DNA from: Chiloscyllium plagiosum
Taxonomy: Eukaryota
Assembly (NCBI RefSeq): GCF_004010195.1
Contig: NC_057719.1
Location: forward strand, 20,795,753 to 20,859,752
Length of the DNA stretch: 64,000 nucleotides
Reading direction: 5' to 3'
Shown here: piece after piece, positions 25,849-38,925 of the stretch
Layout of the letters: each line of letters starts with the position of its first letter
Numbering within the stretch: the stretch's first letter is position 1
The notes under the pieces: model-generated
Databases searched by the model: none
What the model was told of the DNA's origin: nothing
The model's input: only the letters and a program-made list of their open reading frames with translations
Translations under genes and position numbers: made by a program

Positions 25849-28009
25849 AAAATTATGCTATATTGAAGTAAAAGGGTATGTACATGAGTGTTTAAGATAG
25901 TGTTTAAGATAGTTTAAGACTGTTCTGTGTGATTGCATAAAATGCCATACTTCATGTTGCTTCCTTATGTAACTCATTCTTGGCTGCTAGATTGCAATGC
26001 ATGCCTATATTATTGCAATACGAACTCAAAGCTACCAATATCCAAACACTGGTGAAGCAAAATGAACCTCTTGTCCATGCCATGGGATCTTTAAAGTCTC
26101 ATTTGAAAGATAACACTTCAAGCTGTGTACTTCTCTGAAGGTGGCGGTGTAAATTATTTGTTTGAGTTTCTGGAATGAAACTTGAAGCCATGACATCTGT
26201 CTCAAGCAATAGTTGAATCATGTGAGCAAGACCCTTGATACTTAGCTAAAATGGAAATGCTTTAGCATGCTATGAGTAACAATTGTCAGTGTATATATGT
26301 GCCAACAGGTGATTACTGTATATTTTACTTGTTTTCCTGTAGCTCAGTATTTTTTTCTATCATAATCAGGTGATTTCCTCATTGCCTTGTTGTTGATTTT
26401 TCTGCTGCAAGGTTGTATTGGATGCAAAATGGTCTATCCCTTAAGGACACAGGATATAATTGTCAGTAAGAGCAGAAATGTTCCCATTTTGTCTCACTGG
26501 ACGAGTCAACAGGATTGATATGATTGGATTTCTGATTTAAGAATTGAGAGAGAGATAATGAAAAGGTACAGATACAGTTAAAAGCTGTTGGTCCTACGCT
26601 TTTCCATATCGCAAGATCTGTTAAACTACCATGTTTATTTGCAACCCAAATTACTAATGTATTGCATTTACTGCTATAGTAATGACAAAAGTTATCAGCT
26701 AAGCCATTGTTAAGCTCAGGCTAATTTCCATTTCAGTAACACAGAATATTTCCCATATACATACCCATTTCATAGAATTCTGGTTATATTTAACTCCAAG
26801 TTGCCAAAGAATGATTTGGGTCATAATTTTGTTAATATTAATTAACTGAATATTGATTTATTTTGCAGTCAGGCAGCAAATTAAATCATGCAATTTGAGA
26901 CCAGTGTGAGACCACATGTCTACCTAAATGTATGGAAGATCTGGTCATGGGGGAGATGGGCTGGGGGAAGGTTTAGGTCACAATGACAAATGCTAAGAAG
27001 TTCATTATGAACTGAGTTGGAACACTGCCACCTTCAAAGGAAACTTACAAAGCATTAAATGAATGTAAAGTGACTGTGAGACGAAAGTTAGATTCCATTT
27101 AATATTGATAAGTCCTCCCAAGTTCGGCTTGTCTGAAATTGGACCTAAACAATGGAAGAAGGGAGACACAGTGATCAAAATCAAACTGGACATGAAATCC
27201 TTCCTAGTCAGCTGGGAGATGGCCAGCTTAGATGAATAAACCCATCAGCGCTGCTAAGAAATTCTGTGCTTCAAATGGAAAACCTGCAACGGAATGAGAA
27301 ATGGATATGTCAGCCATAGCCCATTGAGGAATGAAAAGAAAATTAAATTTTCTGATGAACAATTGCACCCAAATGCTAACCTAGCTTTTTGTTCCCAGAT
27401 GTAGGGAAATTGCTGCTGTATAATTTCAATTCTTTCATTCCAGGTGTTCAGCATTCACTTACACGTTTGGCTATAATTACAGCAAAAACGGATTTAAAAA
27501 TATTGAACAGAAGCAGTCTATTGTATAAGTCTGACTAAAATGGTGAAGGGGTGATAGTGGGCTCATGAACCTTTCCACCTCACACATATGTCTTTGGCTG
27601 GAATCTGCCCTGTACTGAGATGACCTTGATTAAAGCATTAATGATATCCTCTGAGACTATAATGTATCATCTCACCTCGTTTTCCTCACATTCATTGCAG
27701 AGCTTGATTTATCTATAAATCTTTCTCGTTGGTCATCTCCAAGGGGATGAGTTGAGTATTTCCAGCCTTGCTGATCCATTAATGTCACTCCAGCGCTAGC
27801 TTCATCCAAACAGCAACTTATCCCTAGCTGCCCTGTTAATTTAATCACTCACTGAATTTACACATTCAACATCCACTAAAGTAATCCCATAATGTTAGAA
27901 ATTGTAATTAAATGATATTAAAAATTGTTCACGCCAAAGCGATTCCTCAGATCGAAAAAGAGAACAATCTAGACTGTTCAATTCCACTCTATTATTAAAA
28001 CTTGCTTAT

Positions 28010-28335
28010 AGGAATGCAGCAACAGGTCAGCATTTATAGCCTGGAGTGCAGTTAAAAGTCAACCACATTGCTGTGGGTCTTGAATCACATGAAGGTGAGA
28101 CCAGGTAAGGATGACTGATTGCCTTTCCTAAACAACATTAGTGAACCAGATGGAAAGATAATAGCTATGTGGTTGCTATTAGGCTTCTGCCTTTTTAAAT
28201 TTAAATTCCAGATTTTTATTCAATTTAAATTTTACTATCTACCATAGTGGGATTCCAACTCCTTTCACCACGACATTAACCAGAAACTCTGGAGAACTAG
28301 TCTAGTGACATTACCATTATGTCACCATCATCCCA
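28010..28335 (-). mobile_element. tRNA-headed SINE, family of 4948-5268
   Basis: gtcaaccacattgctgtgggtct...gaccaggtaaggatg...attccagatttttatt shared with 4948-5268. Confidence 0.7.
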
Positions 28336-28362
28336 CAAGCAATATCTCAAGTATGCAACAAA

Positions 28363-28830
28363 TTTTGGATGTAGATTTGCTCGCTGACCTGGAAGGTTCA
28401 TTTCCAGACGTTTCGTTACCTTACTAGGTAACATCCTCAGTGGACCTCATGCGAAGAAATGCTGAAAATTCCTGCTTTCTATTTATTTATTTGGGTTTCT
28501 TTGGCTTGGTGATGTCATTTCATGTGGTGAAGTCACTTCCTGTTCCTTTTCTCAAGGGGTAGTAGATGGGGTCTAATTCGATGTGTTTGTTGATAGAGTT
28601 CCGGTTGGAATGCCATGCTTCTAGGAATTTTCGTGCATGTCTTTGTTTGGCTTGTCCTAGGATGAAGAAACCCAAACAGAAAGCAGGAATTTTCAGCATT
28701 GCTTCACATGAGGTCCACTGAAGATGTTACCTAGTAAGATAACAAACTATCTGGAAATGAACCTTTCAGCTCAGCAAGCAAACCTACATCCAAAACCTCA
28801 ACCTGAGCAACAAATCTTCTCAAAACTTGT
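28363..28830. mobile_element. Fold-back non-autonomous PLE (family C) with a GIY-YIG end remnant
   Basis: Arms ~28363-28502 and ~28664-28794 are inverted; minus strand ILGQAKQRHARKFLEAWHSNRNSINKHIELDP; degenerate TSD tatgcaacaaa / tacgcaaaaaa. Confidence 0.85.
28403..28444 (-). ncRNA. Predicted minimal type-I hammerhead ribozyme (family C), best-formed copy
   Basis: UCCA CUGAGGA U GUUACCU-AGUA-AGGUAAC GAAA CG UC UGGA: 4-bp stem I, 7-bp stem II, GUC triplet. Confidence 0.8.
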
Positions 28831-28863
28831 TACGCAAAAAAGTTCTTATGAGAGATTTTGAAA

Positions 28864-29021
28864 TAGAGTCATAGAGTCATAGAGATGTACAGCACAGAAA
28901 CAGACCCTTCGGTCCAACCTGTCCATGCCGACCAGATATCCCAACCCAATCTAGTCCCACCTGCCAGCACCCGACCCATATCCCTCCAAATCCTTCCTAT
29001 TCATGTAACCATCCAAATGCT
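28864..29021 (-). mobile_element. CR1 3' UTR fragment
   Basis: Near-identical to the 3' ends at 16755-16910 and 50978-51130. Confidence 0.9.
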
Positions 29022-29519
29022 TGTTTAAGCTTTACATATTTTTTTCTTATTTTCTACTTGTTCCAGCTCTTCATTTTTTTTCTTTCTGCTTGCAATTTGG
29101 CTGAGGTGACCTTCCTTCTCTGTCATCACTGATACTTTTACTAAATTCTTAATCAACATTGATTAAGCTGATTGTGTTACCTCCGAATATCTCAAATGCC
29201 CCTTTGCTATTACCAGTTGCACTTCCAACACGATATGGAGAAAAACATGTAAGTCCAGGAAATGGCAGTATTGCAGTAAGATAGCCAACTCCAATTAGAT
29301 TCAGTCCAGTCATGTGTGGTGAGCAAAGATGCAATATTTAGACCCAGGATTCACCTCCACATTGCGCAGCACCTCTCCCCATGCTCGTTCATTTGTCTCT
29401 CCAGGAACAAAGGTGCTTGGTGGCTGAAAGATTTCCTGAATCACTAACTACCATTCTAGTTTGCATTAGAATACTCAATTTGACATCGATTGGCTTTGTA
29501 CAGACAGAACCAGGAGTTC

Positions 29520-30882
29520 CATAACCTTAAGACATAGGAGTGGAAGTAAGGCTGTTTGGCCCATCAAGTCCACTCCGCCATTCGATCATGGCTGATGGGC
29601 ATTTCAACACCACTTATCCGCACTCTCCCCATATCCCTTAATTCCTTGCGTGATTAAGAATTTATCAATCTCTGCCTTGAAGACATTTAACATTCTGGCC
29701 TCCACTGCGCTCTGTAGCAATCAATTCCAAAGGCCCACCACTGTCTGGTTGAAGAAATGTCTCCTCATTTCCATTTTAAATTAACCTCCTTTAGTTCTAA
29801 GCCTGTGCCCACGGATCATACTATCCCTGCCTGACAGAAAGAAACTCCCAGCTTCCACCCTTTCTAAGCCATGTATTATCTTATAAGCTTCTATTAGAGC
29901 GCCCCTCAACCTTCTAAACTCTAATGAATACAATCTCAGGATCCTCAGCCATTCATCGTATGTTAGGCCTACCATTCCAGGGGTCATTTGTGTGAATCTC
30001 CGTTGGACACGCTCCAGTGCCAGTATGTCCTTCCTGAGGTGTGGGGCCCAAAACTGGACACAGTATTCTAAATGGGGCCTAGCTAGAGCTTTATAAAGTC
30101 TCAGTAGCACATCATTGCTTTACATTCCAACCCTCTTGAGATTAATGACAACATTGTATTTGCTTTCTTAACCACGGACTCAACCTGCAAGTCAACCTTT
30201 AGAGAATTCTGGACAAGCACGCCCAGATCCCTTTGTACTTTGGCTTTAAGAATTTTCTCACCTTTTAGAAAATAGTCCATGCCTGTATCCTTTTTTACCA
30301 AAGTTCCAATCCTTGCATTTGCTCACATTGAATTTCATCAGCCATTTCTTGGATCACTCTCCTAACCTGTCTAAATCTTTCTGCAGCCTCCCCACCTCCT
30401 CAGAACTACCTGCCTAACTTTGTATCATCTGCAAACTTTTCCAGAATGCCCCCAGTACCTTCATCCAGATCATTAATACTGAAGTGAACAGCTGCGGCCC
30501 CAACACTGAACCCTGCCATTCTGAAAAAGAACCTTTTATCCCAACTCTCTGCCTTCTGTCAGATAACCAATCCTCAATCCACGCCAGTAGCTCACCTCAA
30601 ACATCATGGGCTCTCATCTTACTCAGCAGCCTCCCATGAGGCACCTTATCGAAGGCCTTTTGGAAGTCTAAATAGATAATATCCACAGGGTTTCATTGGT
30701 CTAACCTACTTGTTACGTCTTCAAAGAATTCTAACAGGTTTGTCAGGCATGACCTCCCCTTACTAAATCCATGCTGACTTGTTCTAATCCGACCCTGCAC
30801 TTCCAAGAATTTAGAAATATCATCCTTAAAGATGGATTCTAGAATTTTACCTACAACCGAGGTTACATTAATCAGCCTAACC
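29520..30882 (-). mobile_element. CR1 LINE, 5'-truncated
   Basis: SQHGFSKGRSCLTNLLEFFE, KFADDTK, LYKALARPHLEYCVQFWAPHLRKD. Confidence 0.93.
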
Positions 30883-30963
30883 ATTGAAGCTTACCTCAAT
30901 TTGAGATCATCTGGTCTCGGAAAGCTACACTAAATCAATCTGGCAACCTATCTGATACACAAC

Positions 30964-31080
30964 ATAGGATTACAGGAATAGGGTAAGGGGGTCTCGGTCT
31001 GGGTGGGATATACTTCAGAGGGTTGGTGTGGACCTGATGGGCTGAATGGCCTGTTTCCATACTGTATGGATTGTATGAAT
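30964..31080 (+). mobile_element. 5'-truncated HE1/HER1 3' tail
   Basis: ggtctgggtggga...gggctgaatggcctgtttccatactgta. Confidence 0.75.
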
Positions 31081-33127
31081 GGTTCCACTGTAAATTCTGC
31101 TGCAAGGAGTTCAGAAGCCAGAGCTATGTCCAGAGATTCACCCTGTTCATCTCTTGGAACTCTTTTTGACAGCTCCCTTTCCATATTGGGCACAGCACCC
31201 TGAGAAGTCCTGTCAACTGATGTGCTTCTTTCTCTGATCACTTCTTTATCAAGCCCCCAGGAAACATTTGAAGAAACGGTAGGAGATAATTAGATTAGTT
31301 TGGCATTGCTCAAACAAAGAACCATAATGTTGAAAATATCGATGATTCTCTCTTTTTTCCATTCTGTCTTCCCTCCTTCTCTCCCTCCTCCTCCTCCTGT
31401 GTGGTATAAAATGTGACATTTTCACATTCACAGATATCTATTGACACCAAACTATACATCATGTGGCAAGATGTTTGTACATTTCAATGAAATCAAAATG
31501 AATGTAGATATCTGTGGTTGCCAGAGCTAAGCTATTAAAGATCATTACATTTATAAGTAAGTTTAATGCAACAAATTTGAACATTTAATATCAAGGCAAA
31601 GGATCTGATGTTCAATTATTCTGTACCATACAGGCACACTTTTAATGGCTCTTGTGAGTTGCTGGTGTATGTGACTTGGAGTCCGGACATCAGCCATAGT
31701 AAGGACATTCAATTATAGTACACAGATTGAGCTATGAAGCTGTAATGATGTCATTACGCTGGGGACAAGTGCAAAACAAGCCTCTGCATTCTCAATCACC
31801 ATCCTCCAATATTACTAAGAAACCTTACTGCTCCTTTCTGCATTGACTCTATGGCTTAAATATTCCCTTTATGCTTGGATGCACAGAACCGAACACAATA
31901 TTCAAGGTATGATCTGAACAGTAATAGTATGACATCTTCCAATTTACACTCAACTGACCGAAGATTGCAAATTACACTCTATTTGTTTTGTTTATTGCTA
32001 TTCCACAATGTTTTGACATGTTTAGAGCAGAAGATAATGTCACTCCAGATCCCTGCTGCTTCAGTTTTAGTCATTTCCACAACATTCATATAATATTTCT
32101 GGCAGCCAGTCTTTCTGCAAATGCACAGCATATTCTACCTGCTTACATCTATGTTTATCTGCAAATCATTTTCTCAACTGCTTATTTAATCTAACTTTTT
32201 TAAAAAATTGATTCATTTATCCATCTCCAGTCTAACTCAATACCCCAATCACCTCCATCTCACCTCATCAACATCCATTCCTAGTTGAGTAGTAAGATAT
32301 TGATGAGGAAATATTGTATCATTGACATTACTTGAATGAGATATTATTCAAGGTTCTGTATGCTTCATTCAGATGGATAGTAAATACTCCATGGCATGAT
32401 TCAAAGAACAATAGTTAATTCCCCAGTGACTTGGACATGTTTGTTTAACTCAATGAAAGCTGCTTTGCCCACTTCAGTCAGTTGGAAGCATTTCTAACTC
32501 AAAGTCAAAGGTCTGTGAGTTAGATACATTTCCACCTTGAGGTAGCTGAGTGGTTAAGCTGATAGGTTACATCTACCTGCTGGATATTGAATAGTTTGTG
32601 CTTCTGTGTGAAGTGGAGCTATGAATTATACGACCAATTTTACATCATCAAACTCCGCTGAACTACTTATTGTGACAGATGATTCCAACCAGGAAACGTT
32701 GTCATACCATCCAAACTCTATAGCATTCCCTCCCCCATGCCATGCCATCCCACACCTGGCATTGATCACCGATGCCAAATTCCTTATTGTCCAGATTGTA
32801 CAGGCTATTGTTAATATTAGAATCAGACAATGGGAACAATACAGAAGGTGGCCATTCAACATGTCATATCCATGCTCGTCTCCTCTGCAGTAATTCACCT
32901 AGTTCTACGCCCTTGCCTTTTCTCTTTGGCCCGGTGCATTTTTCTTCTCAGGTAATGACCCAATGCCCTCTTGATGTTATGACTGAATCTAAATGGTAAA
33001 TTTTAGAGTTGAATCAGTTGTGACACGAAGACATTTTTCCTTTGTTGTTTTGCCAGTCACCTTAAATCTGTGGTTTCTGATTGTTCCACAAAACAAATAA
33101 ATTCATACTGTCTAATCTGTCAATTGT

Positions 33128-33368
33128 GGGCGGCACGGCGGCACAGTGGTTAGCATTGCTGCCTCACAGCGCATGAGACCCGGGTTCAATTCCCGCCTCA
33201 GGCGACTGACTGTGTGTGCAGGTCAGGTGAATTGGCCATGCTAAATTGCCCGTAGTGTTAGGTAATGGGTAAATGTAGGGGTGTGGGTGGGTTGCGCTTC
33301 GGCGGGTCGGTGTGGACTTGTTGGGCCGAAGGGCCTGTTTCCACACTGTAATGTAATCTAATCTAATC
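33128..33368 (+). mobile_element. HE1-type SINE with internal deletion of the V-domain
   Basis: Head and tail match 5329-5651 and 48330-48644; ctgtgtg joins directly to tgcaggtcagg. Confidence 0.9.
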
Positions 33369-33469
33369 ACATAATTTTGAACAATTTTATCAAATTGCCT
33401 CTCAACTTTGTTTTCACTAAAGGGAACACTTCTGGCTTCTCAAGTTCCTCATCCTGGAATGCTTCTTGT

Positions 33470-35992
33470 GAATTTAGAACAGTAATGGGGACTGACATAT
33501 ACTGTCTGATCTCTTCAAGCAGCTGGTCTCTTCATCACTTGAAATGTCTCTGCCATCTCAAAGATTCCTGTCAGGATGGAAACGTTACCATTCACATGGA
33601 TGATCCAACTCCTTCATGTTGAACACCACTTGGAGGAAGTAATAAAGGTGGCAAGGGCATAGACTTAAATCTCGGAGGCACTTCAGTGTCTACCACCATG
33701 AATGGCCTGACAGCATCACTGTGTTCAAGAACATTGCTGCTAGATTGTGTCTGTGCCAGGTGGTGAGGGAACCAACAAGAGGGAAGAACATACTTGATCT
33801 CATCTACATCAACATTCCTGTTATGGATGCATCTGTCTGTCACTGTACTGATAAGAGTAACCTCAACATAGTCCCTGCAGAGATGAAATCTCATCTTCAC
33901 ACCTAGAACATACTCCACTGTGTTGTGTGGCACCATATCTGTGTTAAATGGAATAGACATCAAACACATATAACAAAGATTGGGCATCCATTGGAAAGCA
34001 GCAGCTGAAGCAAACTCAAATGCAATCTCATGGCCCAGTATAATCACCACTTTCCTATTACCATCAGACCTACAGAAAGGCATGCCAGGAACAGCACCAG
34101 GATTACCTAAAAATAAGGACTGCTTCTGACCCATGCTGCAGAAACAGCAAGTGATACACAGAGCTAAGCAATCCCACAACCAATGGTTCAGATCTAAGCT
34201 CAACACATATTACCACATCCACTCATGAATGGTGATTGACAAGTAAACAGCTCACTGGAGGAGAAGGCTCGACAATGTCCTCATACTTGATATTGTGGGA
34301 GCCCAGCACATCAGTACAAAAGATAAGACTGATGTATTCACATCAATTTTCAGACTGAAGTGCCAAGTGGATGATCATCTCAGCCTCCTCCAGGGATCTC
34401 CAGCATCACAGATACTGGTCTTCAGCCAGCTTTTTTCACTCCACATGATGCCAACATATGATTGGAGACACTGGATACTGCAAATGCTATGGGCTCTGGC
34501 AATATTCCAGTAGTAGTACGAAAGACTCCTGCTCCAAAACTTGCAATGTCTCTAGCCAATTTGTTCCAGTACAACTACAACACTAGCACCTACTCAACAT
34601 TGTCCAGATATATTCTGTACACAAAAGCAGAGCAAATCCAACCCAGTCAATTATCATACCATTAGTACTTGATCATCAGTAAAATAATGGGCAGTGTCAG
34701 CAACAGTGCTATCGAACAGCACCTATTCAGCAATAACTTGTTTAGTGATGCCCATCAAGGCCACTTAGGTCCTGACGTCATTGCAGCCATGGTTCAATCA
34801 TGGACAGAGTAACTGATTTCCAGAGATGAGGTGAAAGTGGTAGCCCTTGAAGGCAAGGCTGCATTTGACTGAGCGTGGTATCAAGGAGCCTGAGCAAAAC
34901 TGGAGACAACAGGAGCAAAGTTTTCCCTGGTTGACGTCAAATCTGGCACAAAAGAAAATGTCTGTGGTTTTGGAGGTCAGTCATCTCAGCTCCATGGCAG
35001 GAGCTCCTCAGGTAGTGACCTTGGCCCAATCATCTTCTCTGCTTCATCGGTTACCTTCCCTCCAACATAAGGTCAGATGTGGGGATGTTCGCCAATGATT
35101 ACACAATATTTAGCACTGTTCACAACTCCTCAGATCCTGAAGCAATCCATGCCTAAATGTTGTAAGACTTAAACAATATCCATGCTTGAGCTGAGAAGTG
35201 GCAGATAACATTTGCAGCACACTAATGCCAGGCAATGGCCATCTCCAGTAAGTAACAATCTAACCCTCTCCTCTTGTCATTCAAGGGGATCACCATCAGT
35301 GAATTTCTTACTATCAAAGTCTTTTTAAAGGGGGTTGGGAGAGGTTACCATTGAGCACAAACTGAACTGAACTAGTCATATAAATATTGCTGCTTCAGGA
35401 ATAAGTTAAAAGCTAGGAATCGAGCAGCAAGTATCTCACTTCCTGATTCCCCCAAAGCTGGTCCATCATCTGAAAGGCACAAGTCAGGCCAGCGATGGAT
35501 TACTCACCATTCAAACAACCCTTCTATGTTCTTATTATGATTCTAAGATAAAACTTAATACCATCAAGGATAAAGCAGCCTGTTTGATTGGCACCATAAT
35601 TACAAACATCACCACTGATGCTCAGTAGCGGCAGTGTGTACCAGCTACAAGAAGCACTGCAGAAATTTACCAAGGCTCTTTTTACAGCACCTTCCAAACA
35701 CACAACCACTTCTACATAGCACAAGGACAGCAGATGCATGGGAACACTACCACCTGTAAGTTCCCCTCTCAGTCACTGACCATACTGACTGAGAAATACA
35801 TCAACGTTTCTTCACAGTCGATAGTTCAAAATCCTGGAACTCACTTACTATTGGTTTTGTGGATTTACCTTCAGCACACAGACTGCAGCGGTTCGCGAAG
35901 GCAACTCACCGTAATCTTCTCAAGGGTAACGTAGAATGGACAATAGATGCTAGCCCAGCAGTGATGCCCATGTCATGAATCAATAAATAAAA
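33470..35992 (+). mobile_element. Old non-LTR LINE (CR1/L2 group, clade unresolved): EN end, RT and 3' UTR
   Basis: QVVREPTRGKNILDLI, QGHLGPD, KAAFD.AWYQG, GAPQ.., MFAND, EKWQITFA; ends caataaataaaa. Further 3' fragments at ~36010-36320, ~36420-36660, ~37080-37445 and ~45080-45500. Confidence 0.82.
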
Positions 35993-37445
35993 GCATTATT
36001 AAAGTTTACAAAGGATACTTAGACATCACTCCCACGCTCACTATCTCTATTATTTATAAGGACAAGTGTAGCAGGTATATGTGAACACCCCCACCTGCAA
36101 GTTCCCCTCCAAGCCTCTCCTTGAAAATATGTCACTAATCCTTCAGTGTCGTGAGGCAAAATCTTGCAAATCCATCCTTAACAGTCACTCTCTGGACCAA
36201 AGTGGATCAAGAAGGCAGCTCATCACCTCCCTTCTTAAGGGCAACTAGGAATGTGGAACAAATACTGGCCCAGTCAGAGGTGCCCACATCCTCTGAGTGA
36301 ATGACTTGAAAAACAACAAGTTTCCAGAAGCTTGGCATAATCTAGGAAAAAAACAATTTACTTAACTGGCATTTCTTCCATTGGAACTAATTTCTATCCA
36401 TTTCACCCTTGTTGCTGCAGTATTTACTTTGCAATGCAGCAACTCACCAAGCATACTTCCAAGGTGCCACTCAAAGAAGGGTGTGTGATAATATTATGGG
36501 AATGTCATCACTTCCATCCTGGCTTGCAAAACTGACTCTTACTTATCAGTGGGTAAGAATCATGGAATTCCCTACCTAACATGATAATGAGAACTCTATC
36601 AGCACAAATATAGCATCACGGCAATGAGAAGGCCCATCACCATTTTCCAAAGCATACATCTCAATGCAACACTTTTATGTAATAAAATGCATCGTTGAGA
36701 ATTGCAACGTATACTGTTTTCATGTCCATTCCCAGGAGAACAGGTCGTAGAAAATGAAAAGTTAATGTCTGACATTTCACTAAGGGACCACAATTCCTAT
36801 CTCTGCTAATTTCAAATAAAAGATAGTCTTGTGTGATAAAGTAAAATATCATCAATAATTAATTCTTATGGGCTATTTCCTTTGAACATCCGTATCACTA
36901 TCAAAACAGATTCATGAATCTGATTAAAAAGACAACTCAATTTGTGCTTGATAATGTCATTAATGATATATCCAGCACCATGCTACATATAACAGTAACT
37001 CCATTTTAACCACACTTTCTTGGCTATTAGGTGCTTTGGGAATTTTTGATAATGAAAGAATGCATAATGATGTTGGTGAAGAAGGATCTTGGCTCAAAAG
37101 GATCGACAAGATGCACTGTAGTAGCTCACTAAGGTAACTTCAAAAGCATCTTCCAAATCCACGATTTCTATCACCCAGAAGACAAGAATTTCAGATGTAT
37201 GGGAATACCATCGCATAAAAGTTCCCTTTTTAGTTACACACCATACTGACTGGAAATTTCTTGACATTTTTTCACTGTTGTACATTTAAAATCCTAAAAC
37301 TACCTCCATAACAGCACTGTGGCTGTCTCTAAACCCAAAGTACAGCAGCGCTACAACAAGGCAGCACATCATTACCTTCTTCTGAAAGATTAGGATGAGT
37401 GATAAATGCTGACCCAGTCAGAGAAACTCGCATCCCATGAACAGT

Positions 37446-37886
37446 TTATAGCTATGAAAAGAGGCTAAATAAGCTCAGGTCATTGTCTTTGGAGCACAGA
37501 GGGTTGTGCGGTTACCTGGTCAAGGTGTAGAAGATTATGAGGGGTATAGACAGGGCAGATAGAAAGCAGATATTCTTCTTAGTCGGAGGATCAATAACAA
37601 GGGGACATAATTTTAAAGTGAAAGACATGAGATTTAGAGGGGATTTGAGAAAACCCTTTCACCCAGAGGATTGTTGGCGTATGGAATACACTGCTTGGGA
37701 GGGTAGTTGGGTAGGATCCCTCACAAACTTTAGATTTGGATGAGCACTTGAAGTGTCATAACATTCTAGGTTGTGGACCAAGTGCAGGAAAATGGGATGA
37801 GTGTAGGTAAAAGTGTATTGATGGGTGGTACAGGCTGAATTGGCTGAAGGATCTCTGCTGTACTGTATGAATCTAGGATTCTATGA
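37446..37886 (+). mobile_element. CR1 3' fragment
   Basis: SYEKRLNKL...KIMRGIDRADR...TRGHNFKV; tail ctgtactgtatgaatctaggattctatga. Confidence 0.85.
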
Positions 37887-38700
37887 CTTCTGCCTTGATG
37901 TCATCAGGTTGCCTCTCAAGTCATTTGGGCCATATACTAAAGAAATATATTATCATCATCCATTAAACAGATATTAGGTTAAAATGATCAGGCACACAAA
38001 TTCCTACTTTCGGAAGATTATTACCAATGCTTCCACTATATCTGCAGCCTCTTCTTTGAGACTCTAGGATGCAGGCCATCGGGCCTATGGGGCTTATCAC
38101 CCTAAAATCACATTGGGATTATCATTCCCTTTTGGAAAGTGATAGTTCTCAGTTACTCTTTCCAACTTGTCCATTGATTTTCACCAATTTTGTTTCTTCT
38201 GCTTTGAAGGCAGACCCAAAATATGCATTCAAAGCCTTTACCTTTTTTTTTGTTTTCTATTGTTAATTCCAAAATCTCACCCTTTATGGGACAAGTGCTT
38301 TTCTTATCGATAAACGTACAGATGTAATTTATTTTCTGCTCAGTTTTCATGCAGGTTCCTCATTCTACACTCTTCGAAACCTCAACAGCACCCTGACACA
38401 GCACAGCACAGACACACCCTTAAAGACAAGACGTGTCCAGCCATGCTGCACCGGGTACAGTTACCACACAGGGTCTGGGCCCGTCTGCCTATCATGCTTA
38501 TTGCCTTATTCACCTGGTGCCTACTGGCATGCTGCAGCATGGATGGCTCATCTTTTCAGTGCCAGTTGGCGCAGTTACCAGGCAGTTGGCCACACCATAT
38601 AGGCCTGTACCATGAGGCAGTAGCATTTGCACCAAACACACGGCACCTGCAGCAAACAGTCGATCATGTTCCAAAGTCCTAGGGTTTTTGCAACAATTAG

Positions 38701-38925
38701 AGCTGAAAATGTGTTGCTGGAAAAGCGCAGCAGGTCAGGCAGCATCCAAGGAGCAGGAGAATCGAAGTTTCGGGCATGAGCCCTTCTTCAGGAATCATTC
38801 CTGAAGAAGGGCTCATGCCCGAAACGTCAATTCTCCTGCTCCTTGGATGCTGCCTGACCTGCTGTGCTTTTCCAGCAACACATTTTCAGATCTGATCTCC
38901 AGCATCTACTGTCCCCACTTTCTCC
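38701..38925. mobile_element. Fold-back (head-to-head) family-A PLE element, one hammerhead core per strand
   Basis: Arms 38701-38795 and 38797-38891 inverted around 1 nt; perfect 15-bp TSD ttttgcaacaattag (38686-38700 and 38926-38940). Confidence 0.93.

Noticed and set aside
26400..29515. Apparent long decayed ORF or endogenous viral element once repeats are removed
   Set aside because: Stop density is close to random, both strands look equally protein-like, and no polymerase, GTPase or other diagnostic motif was found.
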